DNA of 63,702 bases, filler included, from Licmophora abbreviata (lineage: Eukaryota), in NCBI GenBank assembly GCA_900291995.1. It is 13 parts of 13 records of this genome, joined end to end, with 100 filler letters (N's around TTAATTAATTAA, not from the genome) between each part and the next. Parts side by side here need not be neighbours in the genome. Positions count along the whole stretch, not along the records: positions 23,409 to 26,964 come from OLMU01004164.1; positions 27,065 to 43,890 come from OLMU01004165.1; 11 more parts are not named here. The stretch is one strand, 5' to 3'. Shown one piece after another: positions 23,992 to 36,200 of this stretch. Position 1 is the first letter of the stretch. Every line of letters starts with the position of its first letter. Made by a program: the position numbers and the translations under genes. The notes below the pieces were generated by a model. It ran no database searches, was not told where the DNA came from, and saw nothing but the letters and a program-made list of their open reading frames with translations.

Positions 23992-24486
23992 GGGAAAGAT
24001 GGAACCATCCGGTAGGCCGCGATCGTTGGGAGAGTGTGGTGATTGTTATGACAGAGAAGAAAAAGGCGGGGCGATAACTGAGATCTTGGCCGCCATGGCC
24101 AGCCCTCTCGGAAATCTGGCGGCGTCGCGCAGATCCGAGACGCAGACAGTGCCGTGTCTGTGAATTATCAAAGGGACAGCTGACAAATATATATCAGCCA
24201 CACTGACAAACGGCTCAAAAATGCGCGCAATTTTTTGGGTGGTTCGCAAGCGACTCTCCATCGTTCCAAATTCTATTCGAGACTAATATTATATACTCAT
24301 CGAGTATGCTGAAAATGTCCACTAAGCGCGGGGGAGTGCCACTCAATCACCACCAAGCATCTTTGGAGACCAGCCACATCATTCGACGCGGCGAGACGCA
24401 GCCCATCTACGCATCACACATCATCCGAACTTCCATCGCACACACGCACTTGGGCGTCCTCGTGGACTGCTGTATTCATCAAAATC

Positions 24487-26374
24487 ATGAGAGAACGGAT
24501 AAGAAGAAGACGAGGAAGTCATGAGTCGAGGATACCCGGGAAACGAAAACTTCAACTCGCCGTGACACTTTCCATCTGCTATTTTACTAGTTTCAGTTCC
24601 GGCAGCACTGCGTTCGTCGCGACGTCGACGACGAGGAGAACAAGAGTTCCTCCGGCCATATTTCTGGGCCTAAAATCTTCTTCTTCTTGTTCTTCTTCTT
24701 CTTCCACTCTCCTCTTTGCACGCAACAACAAGAAGAACAAATCTTCTTCTGCTCGCCATCCTCCGCGACCATCATCATCAGAAGCGACAGTTCGCATCGT
24801 CAAATCCAAGTCACCCAACAACAGCATCCGACGAAGCAACCATGTCGTGACATCCATTCGTGCACAGCAAGAGTGGACGGAGCCTCGTGGCAACAGAAAC
24901 AACGTCCATCGACAGTTTCAGTCACGATATGCGCAGTACGAAGAAGAGCGACTGCATGGACGCACGGCGGCATTTACGGCCAACAACAGTACGGAATCAG
25001 CATCTAGAAGCAGTGCTACTAAACCATCCCTTCAAGAAAGTCAAGATTTGACGGAAAAGATTCGAATGTTACTTTCCGATGACAGCGACGATGACTCCTT
25101 CTTGGCCAGTCAGACCATTGCCGATCGTGACACCGTCTTTTCGAAATTGTCAGACGTCGACAAGAGTCAAGCTGCCTTTGCCGTTTCCAAGCGACGAATC
25201 ACTCAGAGTGAAGGCTTCGATAGAGAGCCTCTGTCCAAATCTTCTCACGTGAAACCGCTGCTAAAGATCACTGCCAATGTCTTGGAAACTGGACAAGATA
25301 CTATGCACCATTACGTCAAGAGCATGGGACAGCATCAAGTACTTTGTGCGCAAGATGAGCAAGTTCTTGGGCGGCAGATTCAGCTTTTGAACAAGTGGGA
25401 AGAAAAGCGTCAGGCGCTAGAAGAAACGCTGTTGCGGTGAGTCATGTGGTGACTTTGCATGCGTGCGCTTTCTTTACCATCATGCGTGTCGGTAACTCAC
25501 AATCTCGTCCGTGTTGCACCCTTCCCTGTCTCTTGTCAACAGTGCTCCGACCTTCCAGCAGTGGGCCGACGCCATTGAGACCTCCGTTCCGGAACTCAAA
25601 AAGCAGATTCGTCGTTCCCAACAAGCCAAGCATGCCTTGATTGAAGCAAACTTGCGATTGGCCGTGACATTGGCTCGTCAGACAGTCCGCAAGGGCCGTT
25701 CCGAAATCAACTTTCAAGATGCCTGTCAAGAAGGCATATTGGGATTAACGCGCGCGTCGGAAAAGTTTGATCCCGAAAAGGGATTTCGATTCTCCAGTTA
25801 TGCCGTATGGTGGATCAAGAAACGTATTCATCAGAGTGTGACGGAACAGGCTCGGGCAGTGCGACTGCCGCCCAGTGTCATTCGGAAAATCAATGATATT
25901 CGGATCAGCGAAAAGGTGTTGCAAGACGAGTTGGGGAGGAAACCTAGGGATGAAGAAGTGGCCGAAAAAGTTGGAATGAAAGTTGAACAGTTGGAGTTCT
26001 ATCGAAAGTCGGCAAATGAAGTGGTGTCCTTGGACAAGAAGGTCAAGTTCAACAAGCAGAGCGACAATGCGAGCAATGTGCCGACCATGCATAGCATGGT
26101 CAAGGACCCAAGTCAGTCTCCGACCGAGCTGGCACAAAAACAGAATCTCAAAGAAGATGTTCGTCGACTGGTCCTCACATTGAGTCCAAGAGAGCAAGCT
26201 GTGATTCGAATGCGGTTTGGCTTGGACGATGGAACACCGAAGACGCTACAACAGATTGGCGACAAATTTTCGGTTGACAAAGAAGTCATTCGGAAACTCG
26301 AGGGTAGGGCGCTGCGCAAGCTGCGTCAACCCTACCGCAACGAATCTCTCAAGTCGTACATGGCAGACTTGTAG
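24487..26374 (+). CDS. Nucleus-encoded plastid RNA polymerase sigma-70 factor
   Basis: Regions 2-4: LIEANLRLAV, QEGILGLTRASEKFDPEKGFRFSSYAVWWI, LSPREQAVIRMRFGL, TLQQIG. Intron 25437-25542. Hydrophobic stretch ending in STAFV. Confidence 0.95.
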
Positions 26375-27205
26375 ATCTCTCATAGCTAGCTAAGTCGATA
26401 AAGTGCAACGTTAGTACTTTGCGCAAATCTGCTTGACCTCCTAGCCTACGAGTGTGTCCTAGCAGAACCAATGTCTAATCATCGACTTCCTAATTATATG
26501 TACTTCTAATATGTATTTTCCCCCCTTGGACGTCATGTTGTGGATGGGATGGAGAAATCGAGTTGAGCTCGCGCACCTTCGTCTCATTCGAGGATATCTA
26601 AACTTGTACTTGGTTGCTCGTCGTGCTACTAGCACCAACGGAGCGAAGGAGGCATCGAGCCTAACTCGCGCCGCCATCGTAGTCCGGAAAAGTGGGGGGC
26701 AAAATCGGATAACCGCCAGCAGTCAGAGGAATGCGAATCTCTCTGAAGAGTGAATCTTCATCCTGATGCTGGATGGCGATGTAGATGGCGGCGTTCGCCA
26801 CAACACTGGGACGTCCCTTCCGGTCTCCCACAATGCATGTGGATTTCTCATCTCAGACGGGAACCTATGTGTGAATCCTAGCTTCCTTCAGCCTGCTGTA
26901 TTTCAATCTTGTCGAAACAATCGATGTTTCAAGATTCCGTTTCTCCAAGATTCCTCTTGAAGAANNNNNNNNNNNNNNNNNNNNNNNNNNNNNNNNNNNN
27001 NNNNNNNNTTAATTAATTAANNNNNNNNNNNNNNNNNNNNNNNNNNNNNNNNNNNNNNNNNNNNATTCCGTTTCTCCAAGATTCCTCTTGAAGAAGAAAG
27101 ATCGCAACTTGAGGTTCTTGTACCAGACCCACGTAGGATCTACGAATGGCACTTCGTCCCTCCTTTTGACACACTTTTTGCATCGAAACTGAAACAGCTG
27201 TGACC

Positions 27206-27901
27206 ATGATGAAGCAAATCTTTGCCTTCCTTGCCCTTGTCGCGTCGGCTTCTGCCTTCGTCGCACCCAGTTCGGCAGGTATGTGAAAAATGGAACGAAA
27301 TTTGGACGACGCGATGCGAATGATACGAAAATGGGGCCTTTCTCGCATGCGAGGCGAGCAAGACGGGTCCGTCTTTCTCTGCGTACGTGCGTAGAAACCA
27401 CTACAAATTCCACGTGACCGAGAAGGTCGAAATCTTGTAAAGAATGTCTTCTTCGCTCTTGACTTGATGGGCCCCTGTGGGAGATCGAGAGTCGTTCAAT
27501 GGCTTGATTGTGTCTGCATGAGTGTCCTGAAGGCATTTTAGTTCTCCTCGACTGACCCATCGTTTCTTGCCGCGCCGGTTTTCCTTGTTTCGTCCACAGC
27601 ATTCGGTGTCGCACGCTCCGCGACATCGACGTCGCTCAACATGGCCATGCAGGTGCCAGAGATCAAGAAGGGAGTTATGGCTGCCGCCGCCGGTTTCATG
27701 CCTGCCCTTCTTTCGTCCACTGCTGCTGTTGCCACCGAGGGTACCGGCGAATGGTTCGGTGTCGACGACACTCGTCTGTTGGCCGTCTTGTTTGTTGGAC
27801 ATTTGGCCATTCTCTCGCTCTGGCTTGGAGCGTACGGAGACTACGATGAGGAGGAAGATTTTTTCGGAGAGATCGACTACACTGGCACTGGAAGGAAGTA
27901 A
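27206..27901 (+). CDS. psbW: Photosystem II PsbW-like protein with signal + transit + thylakoid signal peptides
   Basis: Exon 27206-27278 ([24 protein letters not shown]), intron 27279-27599, then ...[22 protein letters not shown] helix-acidic tail. TEGTG..FG plus TM plus acidic tail matches plant PsbW. Confidence 0.8.
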
Positions 27902-28183
27902 ATTTCGCATGAGAGGAGCTAGATAAGTACAACACTATGCAACGTGGGACAACGTGAGCTTGCTGGTTCTTGTTGGCTTGCTGTGCCTTTTCGGAACGAT
28001 TGCAGTAGTCGTCACTGGTAAAAAGTAGATCCAACTGTGGTTTTCTGAAGGCACGCAATCCTTTATCGAATGTGTTAGAGTGCAATCCGGTACTACAGTA
28101 GCGCAGACCCCAGCGTGTCTGGTAGCCTCCGCAAATGGGAAAGTGTGGTTCACCGTCCTACCGGTAGACCAGCGCCAATACTA

Positions 28184-28731
28184 CTACGAAGAGAGCATAG
28201 ACACGTCAGATACATCTGTTCGTCGCGACGCTGGTGTGTCAAGCAAGAACGAAGCATCGTCCTGTTCGCCCGTCGGTCGATCTGGCGTTGACACTGCCAT
28301 CATGCTGGCGGGGCTCGTCCGAGGAGACTGCTGTTGCCTGGGTCTGTTCCAGAAGCGTGGTCGTTCCGGTGGCTGTATAATGTCATCGTCCCCGAGCGAG
28401 ACGTCACTAGCTGCTGCGGGAGTCGCATCAGCCGCAGCGCTGCTACTAGCAGTTGCACCGGTACCGATCGGAGCAGGAGCTTTGCTCTCCGCAATCTTGC
28501 GAATCGTCGCACGATGGAGTTCTTCCTGATGTTCCAGCTCGTTTAAACTAGTAGGAGGGAACAGCTGTGAGTCCGTGCTGACAATGACATTTAATACAAT
28601 GACGCTTCGTGGTACAAGTAAGCGCCGTACACACATACAAACCTGGATTCAGTCGTCTCACTGCTGCGAGGAAACCACTGAGGCTCCGTCATTCTATGAA
28701 GCAGCTGGCTGGGATACTGAAAGGACCACAT
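28184..28731 (-). CDS. APC15: Anaphase-promoting complex subunit 15-like protein
   Basis: Exon 28731-28643, intron 28642-28578, exon 28577-28184, giving MWSFQYPSQLLHRMTEPQWF...ELEHQEELHRATIRKIAESKAPAPIG. This aligns by eye with animal ANAPC15 (FPSLFPRVTETLWF...[27 protein letters not shown]). Confidence 0.65.
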
Positions 28732-29034
28732 AGGATGGCTACTTGATTGTGGAAACTGTGCACGAGGGGAGACTACCGGTGATGCTGTTAATATTGTGGT
28801 ATTAAAGACAGACACACAGCGTCATGGTGGTCGCTCATCTTGCGCTCATCATCAGAATCGGCGTGTCTTTGCGTCGTCCCTCCGTCGCTCGGAGAGTCTT
28901 GTCGCGCGAACAGATCGCGCGTGACCTTTCGTGTGACTTGATTTCATTCTAAAAAAATTAGACGCCCAACGCAAATCACCATGGACATGGGAACGGGCTG
29001 GCATCTGCTGCCTTGACGACCTTCTTTCGACACC

Positions 29035-30492
29035 ATGACGTGCCCAGAACTCTGCACATTGGATATAGACTTGCCAGAGAAAGAAGATCTCTCCGAAACG
29101 ACCTCATATGACTCTATCGACACTTCCAAACTTCCCTTTCCCGTCCATCACCTCTCTTCCGAAATCACCAACTTGTTAGAGTGCGCTCGCCACCAAATTC
29201 AATGCATCGAAGAGGAACTGGAGCATGGTTCCACTGACAACACCGATTTCTCACATCTGCAGGATGCGCTAGATGATGGATTCTTTCTGTGTGACTTGAG
29301 CGTCATTCAACAAAAATTGCAGCGGTGGCATACATTGTTCCCCCGAATCAAGCCATTCTTTGCCGTCAAGTGTAATCCCAACATCATGGTGGCCAGTGTG
29401 CTAGGACAGCATGCTAGAAACTGTGGTTTCGATTGTGCCTCGTTATCAGAGATTCTGTTAGCATTGCAGTGCACATCCGACTCCCCGAGTCGAATTTTAT
29501 ATGCCAATCCACAGCGCGCAGAGCTTGATTTGGAGCAGGCTCTGCGGCTGGGTGTCCGCGCCATGACGTTTGACGATGCAGCCGAATTGCACAAGATTCA
29601 CAAGGCCTATCATGATTTTGAGAAAAGTTGCCTGGGATCGTCAGCGAACACTACATCCCACGATGTGGAACTTGTACTGCGTATTGTCGTACCCGATGGT
29701 TCATCAACGGTGCCGTTGGGAGAAAAATTTGGGGCCTCGTTGCCGAAAGTCGATAGTCTGACGCGGGAGGCGATGGAACTCGATATGCGGATTGTAGGTA
29801 TTTCCTTTCACTGTGGTTCGGGCAATCATGATCCGTATGCATACGAGCAAGCCATTTATCTAGCCCGTGACGCCATGGATATTGTGAACAGTGTACAAGG
29901 CGGCAGCACGTGTCGATTGTTAGATATTGGAGGCGGATTTCCCGGCCTGGATGGCAGCGAGAAACACGATGGGCGGTTCATGGGTGCCTGCAGTGAAAGG
30001 CAGACAGAGGAGCCATCGAAGCTCGCTGACGACGGCACCGCAGCCGCAATTGCCAAGGTTGTGACTCCCCTGGTGGATGAGCTCTTTCCCAGCGACGTTC
30101 ATGTCATTTCCGAGCCGGGGCGCTACTTTGCTCAGGCTGCCTTCGCCATATGCAGCCGTATCTATAGTGTGCGTGTTGAATCAGATGCGAACATTGTTCA
30201 TTACTACATTGCCCAGGGTGTGCAGGGAGTTTTCAAGGATACGATATTGTGCGGAGAAAGGTTTGTTCCACAACCGCTGACAATGAATATTGAGACAACG
30301 ACATCAACACCTCAGTTGTGTAGAGCTATGGTACATGGTCCATCGGGCGAAGAGTATGATATTGTCTGTCGGGATATTTCTCTGCCCCTTCTCCAGGTTG
30401 GTGATTGGCTCGTCTTTGACCGCATGGGGGCTTACACAATCAGCATTGCGACACGGAGTGGGAGTCAACCGATTCGCTATGTTCTGAGTTGA
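29035..30492 (+). CDS. Ornithine decarboxylase-like protein (group IV PLP decarboxylase) with altered active site
   Basis: PFFAVKCN (PLP Lys), GFDCAS..EI, ILYANP, KFGA, GISFHCGS, LLDIGGGF, ISEPGRYF, GDWLVFDRMGAYT. GPSGEEYD replaces the canonical GPTCDGLD. Confidence 0.9.
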   Translation: MTCPELCTLDIDLPEKEDLSETTSYDSIDTSKLPFPVHHLSSEITNLLECARHQIQCIEEELEHGSTDNTDFSHLQDALDDGFFLCDLSVIQQKLQRWHTLFPRIKPFFAVKCNPNIMVASVLGQHARNCGFDCASLSEILLALQCTSDSPSRILYANPQRAELDLEQALRLGVRAMTFDDAAELHKIHKAYHDFEKSCLGSSANTTSHDVELVLRIVVPDGSSTVPLGEKFGASLPKVDSLTREAMELDMRIVGISFHCGSGNHDPYAYEQAIYLARDAMDIVNSVQGGSTCRLLDIGGGFPGLDGSEKHDGRFMGACSERQTEEPSKLADDGTAAAIAKVVTPLVDELFPSDVHVISEPGRYFAQAAFAICSRIYSVRVESDANIVHYYIAQGVQGVFKDTILCGERFVPQPLTMNIETTTSTPQLCRAMVHGPSGEEYDIVCRDISLPLLQVGDWLVFDRMGAYTISIATRSGSQPIRYVLS

Positions 30493-30644
30493 CTCGATCG
30501 AATGTAAGAGTCTCAGATGAGTGTCAGCGATTCGGCGTCTACGATACTTTTGTCGCTTCCGGACATCTATTGTCGATGCTATGTTCCATGAGACCTGTCT
30601 ATAGAGAAGACGAGCATATATTGATGTGTCGCAATATGCTGTCC

Positions 30645-31982
30645 TCATTGAAACGACTCTTCCTCTTCGTCAACAATGCTGACAACCCCCATCATTCGAT
30701 TCAGTCTCATTTTCTGGATGGTCATATGTTCCTGCGGGGATCCCTCGGCTTGCGTCTTCCAATCCAGCGCAACGGCCTCTCGCTCCTCTACAATCAACTC
30801 AGCGATCCGCGTCGGATCAATCAAGGACGTCATTCCCTCCTTGGTCGTTACCATGCGAGGCGTTAAAGATAAGAGCTCTTCGAGAAAGTCATCGGCACGC
30901 CCGTAGCGTTGGTTGCCAGAAAAGTAGTGTAGACGTTCTGTATAAAAGGTTGCGAGGAAATCGTTGGTGGCCTTTTCGGGTCCATCTCGACGCGACTCAT
31001 CGTTCAAGACACGATGAATGGCTTCTTGTGTACTCAACAAGACCAGCAAATCAAAATTTCCCTTACGCAGAGGACTCGGGGCGTAGTCGCTCCCAGCATC
31101 GGCATTGAGTTCCAAAAATAGCAAGTTTTCGCGTTGCACCTTGTTATTGTTGCCTGCAGTACCATCGGCACTGCTAGTATCCGTCGAGTTGTCGTCTCGA
31201 AGTAGTTTCAGACTACCCCAGTAAGATTCTAGCGTGTGTCCACCCATGTCGGCGATGACTTGGAGATCCCGAACGAATTCTCTGGCGATCTGTTCTCTCA
31301 CGCTGACAATGCGACTGCAGAGTGAGGCTGGATCAATCTCGAGCTCGTACTCGGGAATGTGAGGACTGGAAGACTCCACAAGAAAAGATTCTGCGGGCTG
31401 TTCCAGTAGCTCTGCAAAGAAAACTTCCCATGACGGAAACAGGGTTGTATTCATGGCTGCCAGTCCGTGATATTGGAGCAGTTTGCTACTCGACCGCGGC
31501 TTGTGGGTGTTTTCATCGCTCGAGAGTGCAGTACTGGTACCATTCGTTCGACTTAGCTTGAGACTTCCACTGAGGTTGGTAGCAGTCGCAGTCTGATTGG
31601 CGGTCGGAAGACTAAAAGTGAAATTACTCGTCGCATTGGTGATTCTTTTCTTCGTCAATGCGGGCTGAGTGAATTTCTCTAGCCAATAGACGGTTTCGGG
31701 ATCCCGCATTTGACGAAGTAAGAACATAAACGACTGAAGGGAACACTGGGTCAGGAATAACTTGAAGTCATTTGGAATGATCCACTCGCCGCTTCGCATG
31801 GGCGGTTCGTTGTTGCTGCTGGAAGAAGAGGCTTGCTGCAGAGTAAGATGATTGAGACATCCCGTACGAGATATAAATGCAGGTCGTCGTAGCAATGAAG
31901 GACCAAAGGCATGACTCTGCCGTGTCAGAATCATGCAGCAGCATACTAGCGAGAGAATCATAGGTCGGGAGGAAATCGTCAT
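30645..31982 (-). CDS. Predicted plastid-targeted hypothetical protein
   Basis: Long intronless ORF with signal peptide and 'SHA|FGPS' cleavage, followed by an S/R-rich transit-like region and a globular part (FLTQCSLQSFMFLL...SPLRKGNFDLL). Confidence 0.75.
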   Translation of the reverse strand: MTISSRPMILSLVCCCMILTRQSHAFGPSLLRRPAFISRTGCLNHLTLQQASSSSSNNEPPMRSGEWIIPNDFKLFLTQCSLQSFMFLLRQMRDPETVYWLEKFTQPALTKKRITNATSNFTFSLPTANQTATATNLSGSLKLSRTNGTSTALSSDENTHKPRSSSKLLQYHGLAAMNTTLFPSWEVFFAELLEQPAESFLVESSSPHIPEYELEIDPASLCSRIVSVREQIAREFVRDLQVIADMGGHTLESYWGSLKLLRDDNSTDTSSADGTAGNNNKVQRENLLFLELNADAGSDYAPSPLRKGNFDLLVLLSTQEAIHRVLNDESRRDGPEKATNDFLATFYTERLHYFSGNQRYGRADDFLEELLSLTPRMVTTKEGMTSLIDPTRIAELIVEEREAVALDWKTQAEGSPQEHMTIQKMRLNRMMGVVSIVDEEEESFQ

Positions 31983-32415
31983 CGTCTTCGTGGTTATTAT
32001 CGTCCACTGCATCTCATCAACAACGAGGCAATGACACGACGAAAGATATTCCAATCCTGCAAATTCCGAACAATGGAACAAAGTGACAACCTGCCGAACT
32101 GTTTCGATGTTTCTTCACAGAATGTCAGCGACGTGGCAAGCTGGGCAGGCTCGGTCGTGCTTGCGAACCTCCAAAATGTCCAACAACCAATCAGAAATGG
32201 CGGACCGAGTCTGATCCGCGACTCGACTATGATAGTCGAGTCGAGTCGCGTCGAGTTCATCAGTCTTTCGTCCCAAGATCCAAGACTATCAGGTACAAGG
32301 TACATCCACCCATGACTGACCTTTTGTTCCAGGTGCTTTTGTCAGCCAGCTTCACACACATAATTGAATCTGACATGATAAGCTAAGTAGCGAAAGTAAG
32401 AAAGTTTGACGCAAG

Positions 32416-33152
32416 ATGAGTGACTGTAACCTTGACGACCAAGAGGAAGACCTTGAGGGTAGCATCACTGCACGGCTCCAAGAGGAGGAGGCACATCATA
32501 TCAATGAGCTGCTCTACAAGATCTTGACGAGCTGCATCTTGCTCTTCGATTTGGCTACAGGATTTCTTGGTCTGTATGCACTGTTGTTTCAGGACAATGA
32601 CATGTGTTGTGGTCAAGAGGTCCCGCGCGACCGGATCTTTCTCTGGGTCAACATTTCTCAGCTTTTCCTTGTGATTGTGGAGATCTATCCTGTCGTCTTT
32701 AAGTATTTGACCGTTCTTACTATTCTTAACCCATGGTTCGGGATGTTGATTTCGGCTGCGCTGTGTACCAGTCCAACCGCGAAGAGGCTCTTGCGTCCAT
32801 CACATTCGAATTGCTTGCTGCAGGCTTGCAGTTCTACGTCGTTCGGTTTGTCGAAGGTCGGCGCTTGTGTTGCTCGTTTCATCTCATTACCCTCATTCCG
32901 GCAGTGATCAGCATTCTTCTTTTGTTCTCCTATCTGAGCGACGAAGGAAAATGTGTCGACATGATGTCTTTTACTGGCGACGTGAAGTTTTCCATTTCCA
33001 TAGAGAAGGGGGGGATCGACGACTGTGCCCTGTGTGAAACCAACGGTCTCCCGTGGAACGCTTCGTGCCCGGCGAATGCGGGAAGTACACTTGGCATGAC
33101 GTTCGGGACCTATTGTAGCAACGAAACACAGGTGTGCTGGTTTCCAAGCTAG
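32416..33152 (+). CDS. Multi-pass membrane hypothetical protein with Cys-rich C-terminus (one apparent frameshift)
   Basis: Two overlapping hydrophobic ORFs join if TTT at 32750-32752 is TTTT (…LNPWFGMLIFGCAVYQSNREEA…). Confidence 0.6.
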
Positions 33153-33257
33153 TTATGGCAGATTGCTGTAGTGCCCTTGCGCGCGACACAACTCAGAAAT
33201 TCACGTTGTATACAACCATTCGCGGTACTCTGGTAGAGCCAGGAGTGTACGGATACC

Positions 33258-36200
33258 TTATTCGAGGATCTCCTCCTCATCTTGTTCCTCACTGCGGCGT
33301 TTCAGTGCACTCCGGATGCGATCTCCAGACGAAAGCCCCTTCAGCACATCTGCGACCGCTAACATACGGGCGCCTTTTTGTTGTCTCTGATGAACAACCC
33401 ATGCCTTGACGTCCTTAGCAGAGATTCGCAGCGCTCCCATATTACCCGGGATAGAAGTAGTGCCCAGTGGCGGATAAAACTCTTCTAACAGCATCCTCTG
33501 TACTTCGGGTCTAAGTATAGGACGCAGTCGCTGGGCAGAGTTCACTCCGCGACCGGTAATCACCACCATGTCACTTTCTCGTGGCGTCTCTTCCATGAGG
33601 GACGGGCTGTCTGGAATTTGATTCCAGTTTTGGGGTAACACTTGTTGTTGCAATGCGATTCGGACTGCAGAGTTTGCCATGGCGACATTAAACCCATGCA
33701 GGTCCAGCGTGAACTGATTCAGTGTCTCGTCTCGTTCCACTTCAAATGGCAAGTGATTCTCTGTAAAGGCGTGAATGAACAGCTCGTCTGCATCTTCGTA
33801 CAGGCCATGGCTGTGCAGCGCGTTCAATGCTCCGACATAGACGATAGTTTCGTATGAAGCCTCCTCCAAAGCCACTTCGTCTCTTTCCCCTGATGGAACC
33901 TGTAACAAACGCGACACTAGCTGGTTGACTTCGTATCCGTGACCGCGGGCAGCCAAGATACGACAGGCCGACACGACCGCTTCGGTTCGCGGTCGCCGTC
34001 CGCTCCAGTCGATCCAATCGTCAATTGCGCGGACAGCCCAGGCATACTGACTGCGCATCTCACAGCAGAGCACAACCGCAGTCAGAGATCGAACCAGCTT
34101 GTCGTACTGTCGAACGCTTCTGCGACTAGTAACAACGTTGGGGCGGAGATCCTCTAGGAATGGTCGAAGAAACTGCATCGTGCACAAGCACAGTTTCCAG
34201 TGACCTGACTTAGATGCTGCAATGAGTAGAAGCTTCCATTCCTCTCCTCCCATTCCAATCTTTCCCCCATCGCTTGAGCCATTGAAGCTTCGCTCAATGA
34301 CAGCCAGTGTCTCTTCCACCGAATCATCCGAACAATCGTGCAGGAAGTCTGATATTGATACGGGTGCCTCTTCCGCCGAGGCCAGGCGCTGGCTGATGCT
34401 CTGGATGTCATCCACGAACCCGACGGCTGCTGTAACATTCCCCCTACTAGCACAGAGCTTAAGAAGAGAGCGGTGTAAACCTGGCAGGTACTGCAATGCA
34501 CGCCCATCGTTCATTGAATGGAAAGATGAAAGGCTTTCTTCCAACGCTCTGTTGTGGATGCGACAAAGAATCGTTGCTTCGTCCCACAAGCCCGCTGCGC
34601 TACAAGTAGTGGCTAGAGTCGACAAAAGCCTAGTCTTTGGCTCCTTCATGGCAAAAGCAATATCAATGGCAGAACGGGCACGAGCAGTCGACAACTTTCT
34701 GGCCTCTTCCATGCTCGGGCTTCGTTTCGCCTTCTTGGCCTTCCTGCGCTTACGACCGATTCGAGACTCCTCTGCAGCAGCCGTGGTTGCCAAGCGACAA
34801 TACGCTAGGACGATGGCTTGCATGGACTGGTCGTCAGGCGTCAGGTGATTTTCCCGCATGAGTGACAGTACCTTTAGAGCGCTTTCCAATTCGTTGGATG
34901 TCAAGAGCGATGCAATCGCACTTGAGCAGTGCTTCAACGACAGTGAAGGAAGAGACCAAGCCCCTGTTCTTCCTGCAAGACCAAGCTGGTGACGCTCCTC
35001 AAAGGCCTTGAGGGCTTCTTTGCTACCGCTCAAGGCCTCTAGCAGAGTCAGAATCGAATCCGACTGACGGCTCTTTCCTAGCGCCGAAATCAAGTGTGCC
35101 ACTCCGTCCACATTGACATAAATGCCTTCCTTTTTCATCTTCGTAAACAAACTTTCGACAAGAACGAAGTCTTCTTGGTTTGCCAATACTGAAAGTGCGT
35201 TCTGGAAAACGAAGTGAAGTCCATCGGACGCCTGGTCACTCGGCAGAGACGAGCACAGGTCCCTCACAGCCTCATCTAGCATTATCAACACTCCAGGCCC
35301 ATTGCAACGAAGGGCTTTGATGGCACTGCCATAGGTAATGGAGTCACGCGCAAGTCCATGCTTAATCATGTCCTCCAACGCACTATTCACCGCGCCTTCC
35401 GCCTCGTGTGGCGCACAGCCCTCAAGGGCGGCCAGAATGGTATTGTAGCTAACCGTATCAGGCGCTGTGTCCAAGCCTTCCTCAGCTTGCCGCTGCATCT
35501 GTTGCAAAAGTGTCTGTGTCATTGCCACGCGAAGGTCTCGTCCGTGACGCCTTCCGCCCACGCACGCCGCCAGTGCCGCATTGTACACCCACGTGTTTGG
35601 CGCAACATCGTTTTCGTCAGACGATGTCATTCTTTCGAGCAGTCCCATGGCCGCCTCGTACTCTTGACATCGCGCACATGCTGAAATAGTTGACGCATAG
35701 GCATAAACATTTGGTCTAGGAAGCTTCCACTCGTCTGGAGACCTATCTCGGATCATAGCATCCAACAAAGTCACCGCTGCCTTCCACTGATATCCTCTGT
35801 CAAATGCAGACAAAACCAAACTGCACGTGACTACGTCTGCAGATATCTCGCGCTGTTTCAGAAACTGCAATATTTCCATGGCATGTTGTGACACATAATG
35901 GCGTGCTGTTGGTGTACTGAAGACTTGACTTGCTCGATCGTTCAATTTCAACGCGGCGCCAGCTACTTCGTTGTTCACCTGGTCAGAGAGGGATTCCTGC
36001 AGTAGTTTGTAGGCTTCATTGTACTGCCAACATGGAGAACACAGTTTCTCTTTCTCCTCTGCCCAGTCCCTGGAAGGCTCTTGATCATCTACAATAGACT
36101 CCATGAGAGACACGAACAGCGTACTCAGCGAATACGCGTCTCCTACGATACCGGCCGTCTCGTACAGGTGCAAGGCCGCTCGTATCCGTCCTCGCTTCGC

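Noticed and set aside
27009..27626. 205-aa minus-strand ORF over the PsbW 5' region
   Set aside because: It runs antisense to the PsbW exon and intron into an N-gap, and its composition is not protein-like.
17765..28731. DDX11, NBS1 and APC15 near each other as a genome-stability cluster
   Set aside because: They are interspersed with unrelated genes and gaps, with no evidence of co-regulation in a eukaryotic genome.
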